From an uncultured Chloroflexia bacterium (GTDB taxonomy: Bacteria; Chloroflexota; Limnocylindria; QHBO01): a stretch of DNA of 64,000 nt. The notes beneath the pieces are model-generated. The model was not told where the DNA came from, made no database searches, and was given only the letters and a program-made list of their open reading frames with translations. This document shows positions 56,232-64,000 of the stretch, in pieces. How positions within the stretch are numbered: position 1 is the first letter of the stretch; each line of letters starts with the position of its first letter. The DNA lies in assembly GCA_963753125.1 (NCBI GenBank), contig CAVWAU010000004.1, forward strand, positions 327,200 through 391,199. Direction: 5' to 3'. The translations under genes were made by a program, and so were the position numbers.

Positions 56232-57772
56232 GACACCCTCCCGAAGTCGACGAGGCCGATGGTCAGGTTGCCGAGCCCGCGCAGGCCGTCGGCGACCAGC
56301 CACCACGTCTCGCCGTACGACCATGGGATGACCGGCGCCTGCTCGGCGACGTACGCGTCGACCGCGTCGTAGGCGGCGCCGACCTCGGGCTCGGGCGCGC
56401 CCGCCGCCTCCTCGAGCAGCATCGCGAACCGGTCGTCCTGCCAGTCGCCGTAGTTGCTGCCGGCGCCGGGCTGGAGCAGGAGGCCGTAGATCGCGTGCGG
56501 CGACGGGTAGTCGGCGATCCAGTTGACCGTGAAGATGCCCGGCGGCCGCGCGTCGAGCACGGCGAGGTAGTCGGCGAAGTCCATGACCTCGATCTCGACA
56601 TCGGCGCCGAGCTCCTCGCGCCAGATCTCAACCGCCGGGCCGACGCCCAGCCCGGCGCCGCTCACCACGATGGTGCCGAGGTCGCCGCGGTCCGCGTAGC
56701 CGGCCTCGTCGAGCAGCCGGTTGGCCTCATCCGGGTCGTGCTCGAATGCCGGGGCGAATCCCTCCGGCCAGATCGCCGGCGGCACGAGGCTGGCGGCCGG
56801 CGTCGAGGAGGCGCCCTCGGCCAGCGGCACGAGGCGCTCGCGGTCGAGCGCCAGTGCGAAGGCCCGCCGCACGCGCTCGTCGTCGAAGGGCGGCCGCGCC
56901 GTGTCGAAGCCGAAGTAGCTCACCGAGAGTGGCTCGGCCGCATGGAGGTGTGGCCCGAGGTCGGCGTCGTACGCGATCCAGGTCGCGTCCCAGCCGGGGA
57001 CCTGCACGAGGTCGACCGCGTCGATGGAGAAGGCGGTGGCGCCGTCGCTCTCGGTCGTCGCCACCCAACGGATCTCGTCGATCGGCGGCGGGCCGGCGAC
57101 GTACCGCTCGTTGGCGCGCAGCACGAGGTCGGCACCTTCGACGCCATCGATGAGGTACGGCCCGCTGCCGACGAAGCCATCGGGCGTCTGCCAGGTCGGC
57201 GTGGCGTCGGCATTCGGCGGGACGACGAACGTCGCCGGTGTGGCGGTGATCTCGACGAAGTACGAGGCCGGGTGGCGCAGCCGGACGACGAGGGTGGTGT
57301 CGTCCGGCGCCTCGATGCCGACCTCGTCGTCGCCCGCCTCGCCGCTCATGCGCGCCGTGGCGCCCTCCACCACGCTCAGCACGTCGGGCGCGGTCGCGCC
57401 GGTGGCCGGGTCGAGGAGCCGCAGCCACGAGCGGCGAACGTCCTCGGCGACGAGTGGCGTGCCGTCGCTGAAGGCGAGGTCGTCGCGCAGCGTGAACCGA
57501 TACGTGAGCCCGTCGTCACTGACCTCCCATCCCGACGCGAGCGACGGATAGGCCTCCCCGCGCTCGTCGAGCCGGGTCAGGCCCGCGTAGAGCTGGAGGA
57601 GCAGCTGCACGTCGGCGGCATCGGCGATGTAGGCCGGGTCGAGGGAACCGGCAGGCCCCGCCAGGTATCGCAGGGCCGGGCCGGCGGCCTGGATCGGCCC
57701 TCCGGCGGTGGTAGCCGCGAGGACGAGCAGGACCGCGGAGAGGACGGCAGTGACCCCCCGCGCGCGCCTCAT
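56219..57772 (-). CDS. ABC-transporter family-5 (peptide/nickel type) solute-binding protein, no adjacent permease
   Basis: 517 aa from ATG 57772. Signal peptide. LDPAYIADAADVQLLLQLYAGLTRLD, FSDGTPLVAEDV, GSGPY. Confidence 0.85.
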   Translation of the reverse strand: MRRARGVTAVLSAVLLVLAATTAGGPIQAAGPALRYLAGPAGSLDPAYIADAADVQLLLQLYAGLTRLDERGEAYPSLASGWEVSDDGLTYRFTLRDDLAFSDGTPLVAEDVRRSWLRLLDPATGATAPDVLSVVEGATARMSGEAGDDEVGIEAPDDTTLVVRLRHPASYFVEITATPATFVVPPNADATPTWQTPDGFVGSGPYLIDGVEGADLVLRANERYVAGPPPIDEIRWVATTESDGATAFSIDAVDLVQVPGWDATWIAYDADLGPHLHAAEPLSVSYFGFDTARPPFDDERVRRAFALALDRERLVPLAEGASSTPAASLVPPAIWPEGFAPAFEHDPDEANRLLDEAGYADRGDLGTIVVSGAGLGVGPAVEIWREELGADVEIEVMDFADYLAVLDARPPGIFTVNWIADYPSPHAIYGLLLQPGAGSNYGDWQDDRFAMLLEEAAGAPEPEVGAAYDAVDAYVAEQAPVIPWSYGETWWLVADGLRGLGNLTIGLVDFGRVSWDG

Positions 57773-57838
57773 GCGGCCCGCGTCGTTCGGAGGGCCAGGG
57801 ACAAGGCTCGGCGCACGGCGGCTAGTATACGGTCGCCC

Positions 57839-58375
57839 GTGCAGCACGTTCATGAGCACCGATTTCGCCCACAGCCGGCAGGCAGCCTCACCCTGCGCCA
57901 GTTCGTCGAGTCGCTCCGCCGCTGGACGCCGGAGATGCGACAGCTGGTCCAGATCGCTTTGACGCGCACCGAGGCAGAACGCCGCCAGTACCTCCAGCAG
58001 TTCCACTCCGGCCACCACGACCGCCAGCCCGGCCCGAACGACAGCTTCCTGCGCTGGGCGTACTCCGACCCGCGCCTCGAAGACATCCCGCTCCTGCTCG
58101 CGGAGGTCGATCGCGCCGAGGCCGACTACGCGGGCGCCCTCGATCACGAGGCCGATGTCCTCGTCCGCGAGCGAGCGCGCGACAAGAGCCCGGCGCAGCG
58201 CGTCGCCGACTACCTGGCGCTGCTCGGCATGGAGGGTAGCGACCGCGTCCGCGCCGCGATTGCCAGCCTCCTGCCCCCCGGAACCCCGGATGCCGCGGTC
58301 GCGGCCACCATCCGCCAGATGCGCCGCCGATGGCTCGAGCTGTACGGCGACGACCCCTTCTTCGCGGAGGATTGA
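57839..58375 (+). CDS. Hypothetical soluble protein (start uncertain)
   Basis: 3' part of ORF 56495..58375 that does not overlap the SBP gene. High GC3, normal composition (LTLRQFVESLRRWTPEMRQLVQIAL...WLELYGDDPFFAED). GTG 57839 or ATG 57935. An ATG at 57852 is in a different frame. Confidence 0.5.
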   Translation: MQHVHEHRFRPQPAGSLTLRQFVESLRRWTPEMRQLVQIALTRTEAERRQYLQQFHSGHHDRQPGPNDSFLRWAYSDPRLEDIPLLLAEVDRAEADYAGALDHEADVLVRERARDKSPAQRVADYLALLGMEGSDRVRAAIASLLPPGTPDAAVAATIRQMRRRWLELYGDDPFFAED

Positions 58376-58381
58376 GGGCCG

Positions 58382-59002
58382 ATGGGTCGCTCCACGCTGG
58401 CCTGGGGACTGGTGGCTTACGGGGTCGCCGGCGTCGTCCTCTCGATCGTCGGCTTTACGTTCGGGCTGGATGCCGCGGGTCAGCTCGAGCGGCTCGCGGC
58501 CGCGACCGACACGACGCTCGAGGCGGCGGCGCGATCGACCGCCGCAGCGGCCGAGTCGTTCGACTCGATCGACACGTCGCTGGTCAACGCGGAGGGCTCG
58601 ATCGCCCAGGCGGCTACCCTGTCCGCCGACGCCGGGGCCACCCTCGATTCGCTGTCGGTGGCGATGAACCTGTCCGTGTTCGGCGCCCAGCCGCTGGCGC
58701 CGCTTGCCGACGAGTTCGCCGACGCCGCAGACCAGGCCGACGAGCTTGCCGAGACGCTCGCGACCACGGCCTCATCGGTCTCGGAGGTCCAGGTCGACGC
58801 GACGGCCATCGGCGTCGAGCTGGAGAATCTCGCCACCGAGCTCGAGGCGCTGCGCGGCTCGGTGCCGGACAACCCGGTGCCGATCCGCGGGCTCGTCGCC
58901 CTGCTGATCGCGTACCTCACCCTTCCGGCGGTCGCCGCGCTGGTGGCCGGGGTTCTCCTGCTGCGCGCCCAGCGCGCGGCGCAGGAGGCACCGCCGGCCT
59001 GA
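58382..59002 (+). CDS. Hypothetical membrane protein with two terminal TM helices flanking an Ala-rich helical ectodomain
   Basis: 206 aa, starting 6 nt after the previous stop. TM1 LAWGLVAYGVAGVVLSIVGF. TM2 LVALLIAYLTLPAVAALVAGVLLL. Confidence 0.6.
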   Translation: MGRSTLAWGLVAYGVAGVVLSIVGFTFGLDAAGQLERLAAATDTTLEAAARSTAAAAESFDSIDTSLVNAEGSIAQAATLSADAGATLDSLSVAMNLSVFGAQPLAPLADEFADAADQADELAETLATTASSVSEVQVDATAIGVELENLATELEALRGSVPDNPVPIRGLVALLIAYLTLPAVAALVAGVLLLRAQRAAQEAPPA

Positions 59003-59018
59003 TCGGTCCCCGATCGGG

Positions 59019-60206
59019 TCAGTCGGCCCTCCGCAGGATCCGGCGCAGGCGCAGGAGCGAGCCGAAGTAGAGGACCAGGCCGATCGCCGCAAGCGCCCCG
59101 AGCATCCACGTCTGCTGGACCTCGCCGCGCAGCATGTGCTCCTGGAGCAGTGCGATCCCGTGCGTCACCGGGAGCGAGTAGGCGATGTACTGCGTCCACT
59201 CCGCGAAGTCGCTCACCGGCAGCACGAAGCCCGAGAAGAAGACGCTCGCCAGCAACAGGATCATCGACAGCTGCACGGCCTGGCGCTCCGAGTCGGCGAT
59301 GAGCGAGATGAGCAGCCCGACGCCGAGCGACGCGAAGGTCAGAAGCAGCACGATCCCGGCGAACGGCAGCCAGCCGCCGAGCAGCGGAACGTTCAGGACG
59401 ACGACCAGGAGTGCGCCGACGGCCGCGCCCACCGCCAGGCTGAGCACGGCGTACGCGACGTACTTGCCCACGAGCAGCTCGGTCGATGTGACCGGCGCCA
59501 CCCGGAAGCGATCCATCTGGCCGCTGAGCCGCTCGCGGACGAGCGAGAGCGCGGCAATGGTGATGGCCAGGTGCTGGATGACGAGCGCGAACACCGCGGG
59601 CCCGAAGAAGCTGATGACGTCCGGCTCGGTGGGCGCCAGGTTCTCGGTCTCGGCCGTGGTCGGGCGCGCCACGACCTCGGGCGGCACATCGGGCGCGGCG
59701 GGGCCGAGCTCGCCCTCGACGAAGGCGATGCCCTCGGACGCGGCAACCTCGATGATCTCCGCGTTCAGGCTGCTGACCAGGATCGAGGTGGCGAGGCCGG
59801 CGAGCTGGTCGTAGACCGGGTCGATCTGGTTCCACAGCACGCGGATCGTCGTCTGACGGCCGTTGCGAAGCTCCTCGATCGCGTTCTCGGGCGCGATGAT
59901 GACGAGGTCGACCTCTCCGTCGCGGAGGCGCTGCTCGGCGGCGTCCGCATCGGTCCCGATCTCCTCGACCACCAGCCGTCCGGGTGCCAGCTGGGCGTAG
60001 TACTCGGGGTCGCTCGGCAGGTTGGTGCCCTCGGGGATGACGATGTCGGTGGCGAACGGCGCCCTGTAGCCGGAGTAGCCGAGGCCGAAGACGAGCATCA
60101 CCGCGAACGGGCCGATGATCGCGCTGAGCAGCACGCCCGGGCGACGGATCACCTCGCGCAGCTCCTTGCCGGTGAAGGAGCCGATGCGAATCAGGCTACC
60201 CATCAT
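59019..60206 (-). CDS. ABC-2 type transporter permease
   Basis: 395 aa. N-terminal TM, large extracytoplasmic loop, 5 C-terminal TM helices. Confidence 0.85.
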   Translation of the reverse strand: MMGSLIRIGSFTGKELREVIRRPGVLLSAIIGPFAVMLVFGLGYSGYRAPFATDIVIPEGTNLPSDPEYYAQLAPGRLVVEEIGTDADAAEQRLRDGEVDLVIIAPENAIEELRNGRQTTIRVLWNQIDPVYDQLAGLATSILVSSLNAEIIEVAASEGIAFVEGELGPAAPDVPPEVVARPTTAETENLAPTEPDVISFFGPAVFALVIQHLAITIAALSLVRERLSGQMDRFRVAPVTSTELLVGKYVAYAVLSLAVGAAVGALLVVVLNVPLLGGWLPFAGIVLLLTFASLGVGLLISLIADSERQAVQLSMILLLASVFFSGFVLPVSDFAEWTQYIAYSLPVTHGIALLQEHMLRGEVQQTWMLGALAAIGLVLYFGSLLRLRRILRRAD

Positions 60207-61164
60207 TGTCGTCGCCGTTGCGCTGGGCGCGGCGCTGCCCGACGAGCTCGGTGAAGACCTCGTCGAAGGTCGGCTGCAGCTCCTCGATGCCGGCGACGCC
60301 GACGCCGGCGGCCCGCATCGCCTCGACGATGCGCGGCGTCAGGGCCCCGGCGTCCGAGACGATGGCGGTCAGCGTCCGCGGCCCCGGCTGCCGCACGTTC
60401 TCGACGCCGGCAACGCCGGCCAGCAGGTCCGGATCGACCGCGCGGTCGGCGGTGATCTCCAGGACATCTCCGCCGAAGGCCATCTGGCGGACCGCGTCCG
60501 GCACGTCGAGGGCGACGAGCTCGCCGTCGAGGATGAGCGCGATGCGGTCGCAGTACTCGGCGTCGGAGACGTACTGCGTCGTGACGACCAGCGTCCGACC
60601 CTCCGAGCGGAGGCGGCGCAGCTCGTCCCACACCGCCTGGCGCAGCAGCGGATCGATGCCGGCGGTCGGCTCGTCGATGAAGAGCACCTCCGGGTCGTGG
60701 ACGAGCGCGCAGGCCAGCTCGAGCCGGCGCTGCATCCCGCCGGACAGGTCACGCGCGAAGACGTGCCGGGCGTCGAGCAGGTCGACCACCTCCAGCGCGC
60801 GCTTGATGAGGTCTCTCCGCGTGAAGGGACCGATGCCGTACAGCGCCGCGACGAAGCCGACGTTCTCCTGCGCCGAGAGGTCCTCGTAGAGGCTGAACTG
60901 CTGCGGCATGTAGGCCAGCTGACCGCGCACCCGCCGGCTGAAGCGCATCGGGTCTTCGCCGAGCACGGCGATCTCGCCCTTCGTACGGCCAAGCGTGCCG
61001 GTGAGCATGCGGATCGTCGTCGTCTTGCCCGAGCCGCTCGGCCCGATGACGCCAAGGATTGTCCCGGCGTTGACGTCGAAGGTCAGGTCGTCGACGACGA
61101 CGCGCCCGTCGAAGGCGCGCGTCACGTCCCGCGCGGAAATGATCGGTCCCGATGTCTGGGTCAC
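60196..61164 (-). CDS. ABC transporter ATP-binding protein
   Basis: GTG 61164. GPSGSGKTT (Walker A), LSGGMQRRL (signature), LFIDEPTAGID (Walker B). Confidence 0.9.
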   Translation of the reverse strand: MTQTSGPIISARDVTRAFDGRVVVDDLTFDVNAGTILGVIGPSGSGKTTTIRMLTGTLGRTKGEIAVLGEDPMRFSRRVRGQLAYMPQQFSLYEDLSAQENVGFVAALYGIGPFTRRDLIKRALEVVDLLDARHVFARDLSGGMQRRLELACALVHDPEVLFIDEPTAGIDPLLRQAVWDELRRLRSEGRTLVVTTQYVSDAEYCDRIALILDGELVALDVPDAVRQMAFGGDVLEITADRAVDPDLLAGVAGVENVRQPGPRTLTAIVSDAGALTPRIVEAMRAAGVGVAGIEELQPTFDEVFTELVGQRRAQRNGDDNDG

Positions 61165-61253
61165 GCCGGGGCTCAAACGCAAGAGGCGTGCCCCGGGGCA
61201 GGCACGCGATGTGCGACTTGGTTGGCTGACCACACGCACGAAGGGGAAAGACC

Positions 61254-61505
61254 ATGGCCGAGCTCGATGCGGATGACCGCGACAAGCTCCGCAAGGACAA
61301 GTTCGCCTACGTCGACAGCGACGGTGGCGAGCACCTGCCGATCCATGACGAGTCGCACGTCCGCAACGCGATCGCGCGATTCAACCAGACGGACTTCCAG
61401 AGCAAGACCGCCAAGGAGGAGGCACGTCGCAAGATCGTCCGCGCCGCCGAGCGGTTCGGCATCGAGGTCGACGAGGACAGCAACGTCAAGCAGCCGGTCG
61501 GCTAG
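61254..61505 (+). CDS. Small DUF6582-like protein
   Basis: 83 aa after GAAGGGGA. FAYVDSDGGEHLPIHDESHVRNAIARFNQ. Confidence 0.7.
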   Translation: MAELDADDRDKLRKDKFAYVDSDGGEHLPIHDESHVRNAIARFNQTDFQSKTAKEEARRKIVRAAERFGIEVDEDSNVKQPVG

Positions 61506-61508
61506 CCG

Positions 61509-61808
61509 CTAGAAGTGCTCCTCGTGGTCGGCGCGCTCGTCGCCGCCGATCCGGGGATCACGCGCCTCGCGGTCGACGTGCTCCTCGTGCCCCTGATGCT
61601 CCTCGGCCGGAGGCTCCTCCTCGGGCTCGGCGCCCTGGGTAACGTGCTCGTGCGCGTGTGAGGCACTCGAGCGAGTGACGTCGGCGTGGTGCGCGGGATC
61701 GCTTGCCTCGCGCCACTCGCCCGGTTCGAAGTCGCGCTGGATGTCGTCCGGCGTCAGGTCACCGGTGGCTCCGGTCATCCCTCCGCCCGACTGCTCCCGG
61801 CGTGTCAT
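61509..61808 (-). CDS. Acidic His/Glu-rich small protein
   Basis: 99 aa from ATG 61808 (ATGA overlap with the SRPBCC stop). ...SASHAHEHV...EEHQGHEEHVDRE...ERADHEEHF. Confidence 0.5.
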   Translation of the reverse strand: MTRREQSGGGMTGATGDLTPDDIQRDFEPGEWREASDPAHHADVTRSSASHAHEHVTQGAEPEEEPPAEEHQGHEEHVDREARDPRIGGDERADHEEHF

Positions 61809-62278
61809 CGCTGCGAGGGAACCTCGACCTCGCCGCGCCAGGCCCCGGTCTCCGAGCCCCGGCCCTCGATGAACTCCTTGAAGCGCTCGAGATCGCCCTT
61901 CACCTGCCGGTCCAGGAAGCCAAGGGCGGTGCCCACGTTCTCGACGACGCCCTCGGGATCGACGTCCATCTGAAGCGTCACCCGCGTCGTGCCGTCGTCG
62001 ATGCGGTGGAAGGTCACCACGCCGGCATGGCTGGGCCCCGAGATCGAACGCCACGCAACCCGCTCGTCGGGATGCTGCTCGGTGATCTCGGCGTCCCACT
62101 CCTCTTCGTTGCCGGCGATCTCCGCGACCCAGTGGATGTGGGTGTCATCGGTCTGGGTGACCGACTTGACGCTCTCCATGAATCGCGGGAACTCCTCGAA
62201 CTGGGTCCACTGGTTGTAGGCGATGCTCAGCGGCACATTGACGTCGATGCTCTCGACAACCGAAGCCATGACTGCTCC
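61805..62278 (-). CDS. SRPBCC (polyketide cyclase/dehydrase-like) family protein
   Basis: 157 aa from ATG 62278 after GGAGGAG. VESIDVNVPLSIAYNQWTQFEEFPRFMESVKSV...W...RVAWRS...G.VTFH. Confidence 0.85.
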   Translation of the reverse strand, partial: GAVMASVVESIDVNVPLSIAYNQWTQFEEFPRFMESVKSVTQTDDTHIHWVAEIAGNEEEWDAEITEQHPDERVAWRSISGPSHAGVVTFHRIDDGTTRVTLQMDVDPEGVVENVGTALGFLDRQVKGDLERFKEFIEGRGSETGAWRGEVEVPSQR

Positions 62279-62351
62279 TCCACGGATATGCTGCTCGTGC
62301 CGGGCGTGCGTTGCAAGGCCCGCGCCAGAGGCGCTCCTATACTCGGCCGTC

Positions 62352-62732
62352 ATGCATCGCACTCGGGTCGCCATCCCGCTCCTCGTCCTCCTGGCTGCGG
62401 TCCTCGCGGCCTGCGTGGCGGAGAACCGTCCCGAGAGCTGCGACGCGGCGGAGACGACGATCCAGGTGACCGTCACCGCCACGAGCCTCGAGCCGAGCGA
62501 CCCGGCCGCCTGCCGCGACCAGCAGGTCACCCTGATCGTGGAGCCCGAGGTCGACGGCGTCATCCACATCCACGGCCTCGACGCCGTCGTGCCGGCCACG
62601 ACGATCAGCGCCGGCGAGCAGATCCGGCTCGAGTTCAGTGCCGACCGAAGCGGCCAGTTCCCGATCGAGCTGCACCCGGCGGACGATCCGCAGGGCGTGA
62701 GCGTCGGCATCTTCACCGTGCATGAGCGCTAG
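62352..62732 (+). CDS. Small lipoprotein, possibly cupredoxin-like beta-sandwich (no Cys copper ligand)
   Basis: Lipobox VLAAC. ...IQVTVTATSLEPS...VTLIVEPEVDGVIHIHGLD...RLEFSADRSGQFPIELH. Confidence 0.6.
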   Translation: MHRTRVAIPLLVLLAAVLAACVAENRPESCDAAETTIQVTVTATSLEPSDPAACRDQQVTLIVEPEVDGVIHIHGLDAVVPATTISAGEQIRLEFSADRSGQFPIELHPADDPQGVSVGIFTVHER

Positions 62733-64000
62733 GGTTCGCCTGGCGCTGGCGGCCGCTGCGGCGGCCGGGCTCCCTCTTGCGCTGCCGCGGGCGGCATCGG
62801 CCCATGCCATCGAGGGAGCCTTCCAGCTCCCGGTCCCGCTGTGGCTCTACCTGCTCGGCGCGGCCGTGGCGGTCGCCGCATCGTTCGTCGTCACCGTCGT
62901 CGCCACCCGCCGAGCGACCGAGCCGGACTACCCCACCACCGTCGTCCCGACCCTGCTCGCCGGCGTGCTGCGAGCGTCGCTGCGCATCCTCGGCCTGGCG
63001 TGGTGGTACGGCGCGATCGCCGTCGGCTTCGTCGTCGCCGACATCTCGCCGCTGCCGGCGGTGCTGCTGTGGATCGGGATCTGGGTGGCCCTGCCGATCG
63101 TCGCGGCGGTCATCGGCAACCCGTGGCCGTCGCTCAGCCCGTTCCGCACGACGTTCGCCGCGCTCGAGTGGGTCGCGCGCCGCCTCGGCGCAGAGCGCCT
63201 CGACGCCGGCCTCCCCTACCCGTCGGGACTCGCGCGCTGGCCGGCCGTGGCGCTGCTCGCCGCCGCCGTGTGGTGCGAGCTCATCCTGCCGGGCAGCGAT
63301 GTGGCCACCACCGCCGCGGCCCTGATGGCCGGCTACACGCTGCTCACCCTGGCCGGCATGGCGCTCTTCGGGCCGGTGGCCTGGCTGCGCCACGGCGAGC
63401 TGTTCGAGGTGCTGCTCGGCTGGTTCGGGCGCATCGGCCCGGTCGCGCGAAGGTCCGTCAACCGCGAGCTGTGCCAGGGCTGCCAGGAGGCGTGCACGGC
63501 GGATCGCTGCATCGACTGTCCCGAGTGCGCCGCCGCGGCCGAGGATGGCGAACGCCGCCCCGAGCTGCGGACGTGGTTCGTCGGCCTCACCGAGCCGGCC
63601 TCACCGGGCTGGTCTGACGCGACCTTCATCGTCGGGGTCCTCGCCGGTGTCACGTACGACGGGATGCGCGAGACGGCGTTCGGGGCGGCCCTGCTCGAGT
63701 TCTTCCTGACCCCGATCGTCGGTGCCCTCGGCCCGACCTCGCTTGCCTTCCTGCTGACCGATACGGCCGCCCTCGCCCTCGTGGTCGCGACCTTCCTGCT
63801 CGCCTTCGCCGCCACCCTCGCGCTGACTCGCGCGCTGGCGTCGGGCTCCACGCTGCGGCCGGCCGCCTACGCCTCGACCCTCCTGCCGATCGCCGCCGGG
63901 TACCTGATCGCCCATTACCTGACGCTCGTCATTCGCGGCGCGATCTGGCTGCCGTCGCTGCTGGTCGACCCGCTCATGAGCCTGGCGCCGGACATCGGCT
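62722..64000 (+). CDS. Polytopic membrane protein with signal peptide and a Cys-rich loop (3' end outside window; not in the supplied ORF track)
   Basis: ATG 62722 overlaps the previous gene by 11 nt. Hand translation of frame 1 is open to base 64000: MSARVRLALAAAAAAGLPLALPRAASAHAIEGAFQLPVPLWLYLLGAAVAVAASF..., at least 8 hydrophobic helices, loop RELCQGCQEACTADRCIDCPECAAAAEDGE. Confidence 0.7.
   Translation, partial: MSARVRLALAAAAAAGLPLALPRAASAHAIEGAFQLPVPLWLYLLGAAVAVAASFVVTVVATRRATEPDYPTTVVPTLLAGVLRASLRILGLAWWYGAIAVGFVVADISPLPAVLLWIGIWVALPIVAAVIGNPWPSLSPFRTTFAALEWVARRLGAERLDAGLPYPSGLARWPAVALLAAAVWCELILPGSDVATTAAALMAGYTLLTLAGMALFGPVAWLRHGELFEVLLGWFGRIGPVARRSVNRELCQGCQEACTADRCIDCPECAAAAEDGERRPELRTWFVGLTEPASPGWSDATFIVGVLAGVTYDGMRETAFGAALLEFFLTPIVGALGPTSLAFLLTDTAALALVVATFLLAFAATLALTRALASGSTLRPAAYASTLLPIAAGYLIAHYLTLVIRGAIWLPSLLVDPLMSLAPDIG

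Noticed and set aside
56495-57838. 5' two-thirds of the 626-aa plus-strand ORF 56495..58375
   Set aside because: It is antisense to the solute-binding-protein gene and compositionally aberrant. Only the non-overlapping 3' part (from about 57839) looks coding.

Overview
By eye this is a high-GC (roughly 70%) chromosomal segment with Actinomycetota-type gene content: DUF3090, paired DUF881, a MoxR/DUF58/DUF4350/DUF4129 module, an LLM-class oxidoreductase and LigD. I place about 63 protein-coding loci, one tRNA-Val(GAC), several GC-rich hairpin terminators and one MerR-type palindromic operator. I saw no rRNA, CRISPR array, transposase, integrase or phage genes. Genes sit in long same-strand strings with 1-, 4-, 7-, 11- and 13-nt start/stop overlaps, and several starts look leaderless (a TANNNT hexamer 6-8 nt upstream). 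The best candidate for something undescribed is at 16190-17840: an XRE-HTH/TPR regulator faces an unlisted 41-codon ORF on the other strand. That ORF has a ribosome-binding site, a signal-peptide-like N-terminus, a short C-terminal tail (ATGGGDFPRFR) and its own terminator, which resembles RRNPP-type peptide signalling (so far described in Firmicutes). Second, at least 9 conserved genes need about 20 reading-frame changes to be read through, and these are strongly clustered: about 10 fall in one 3.6-kb RecB-like nuclease/SF1 helicase gene. This is either localized gene decay or localized assembly error; I cannot tell which from the sequence. Other points: an ECF sigma/anti-sigma pair heads a HAD-LigD-Nfu string; a roughly 12-kb ten-gene minus-strand string runs from a solute-binding protein to an amidohydrolase; and an open-ended membrane-protein ORF at the 3' edge (62722-64000) is missing from the supplied ORF track. 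All family assignments come from reading motifs in the translations. No database search was run.
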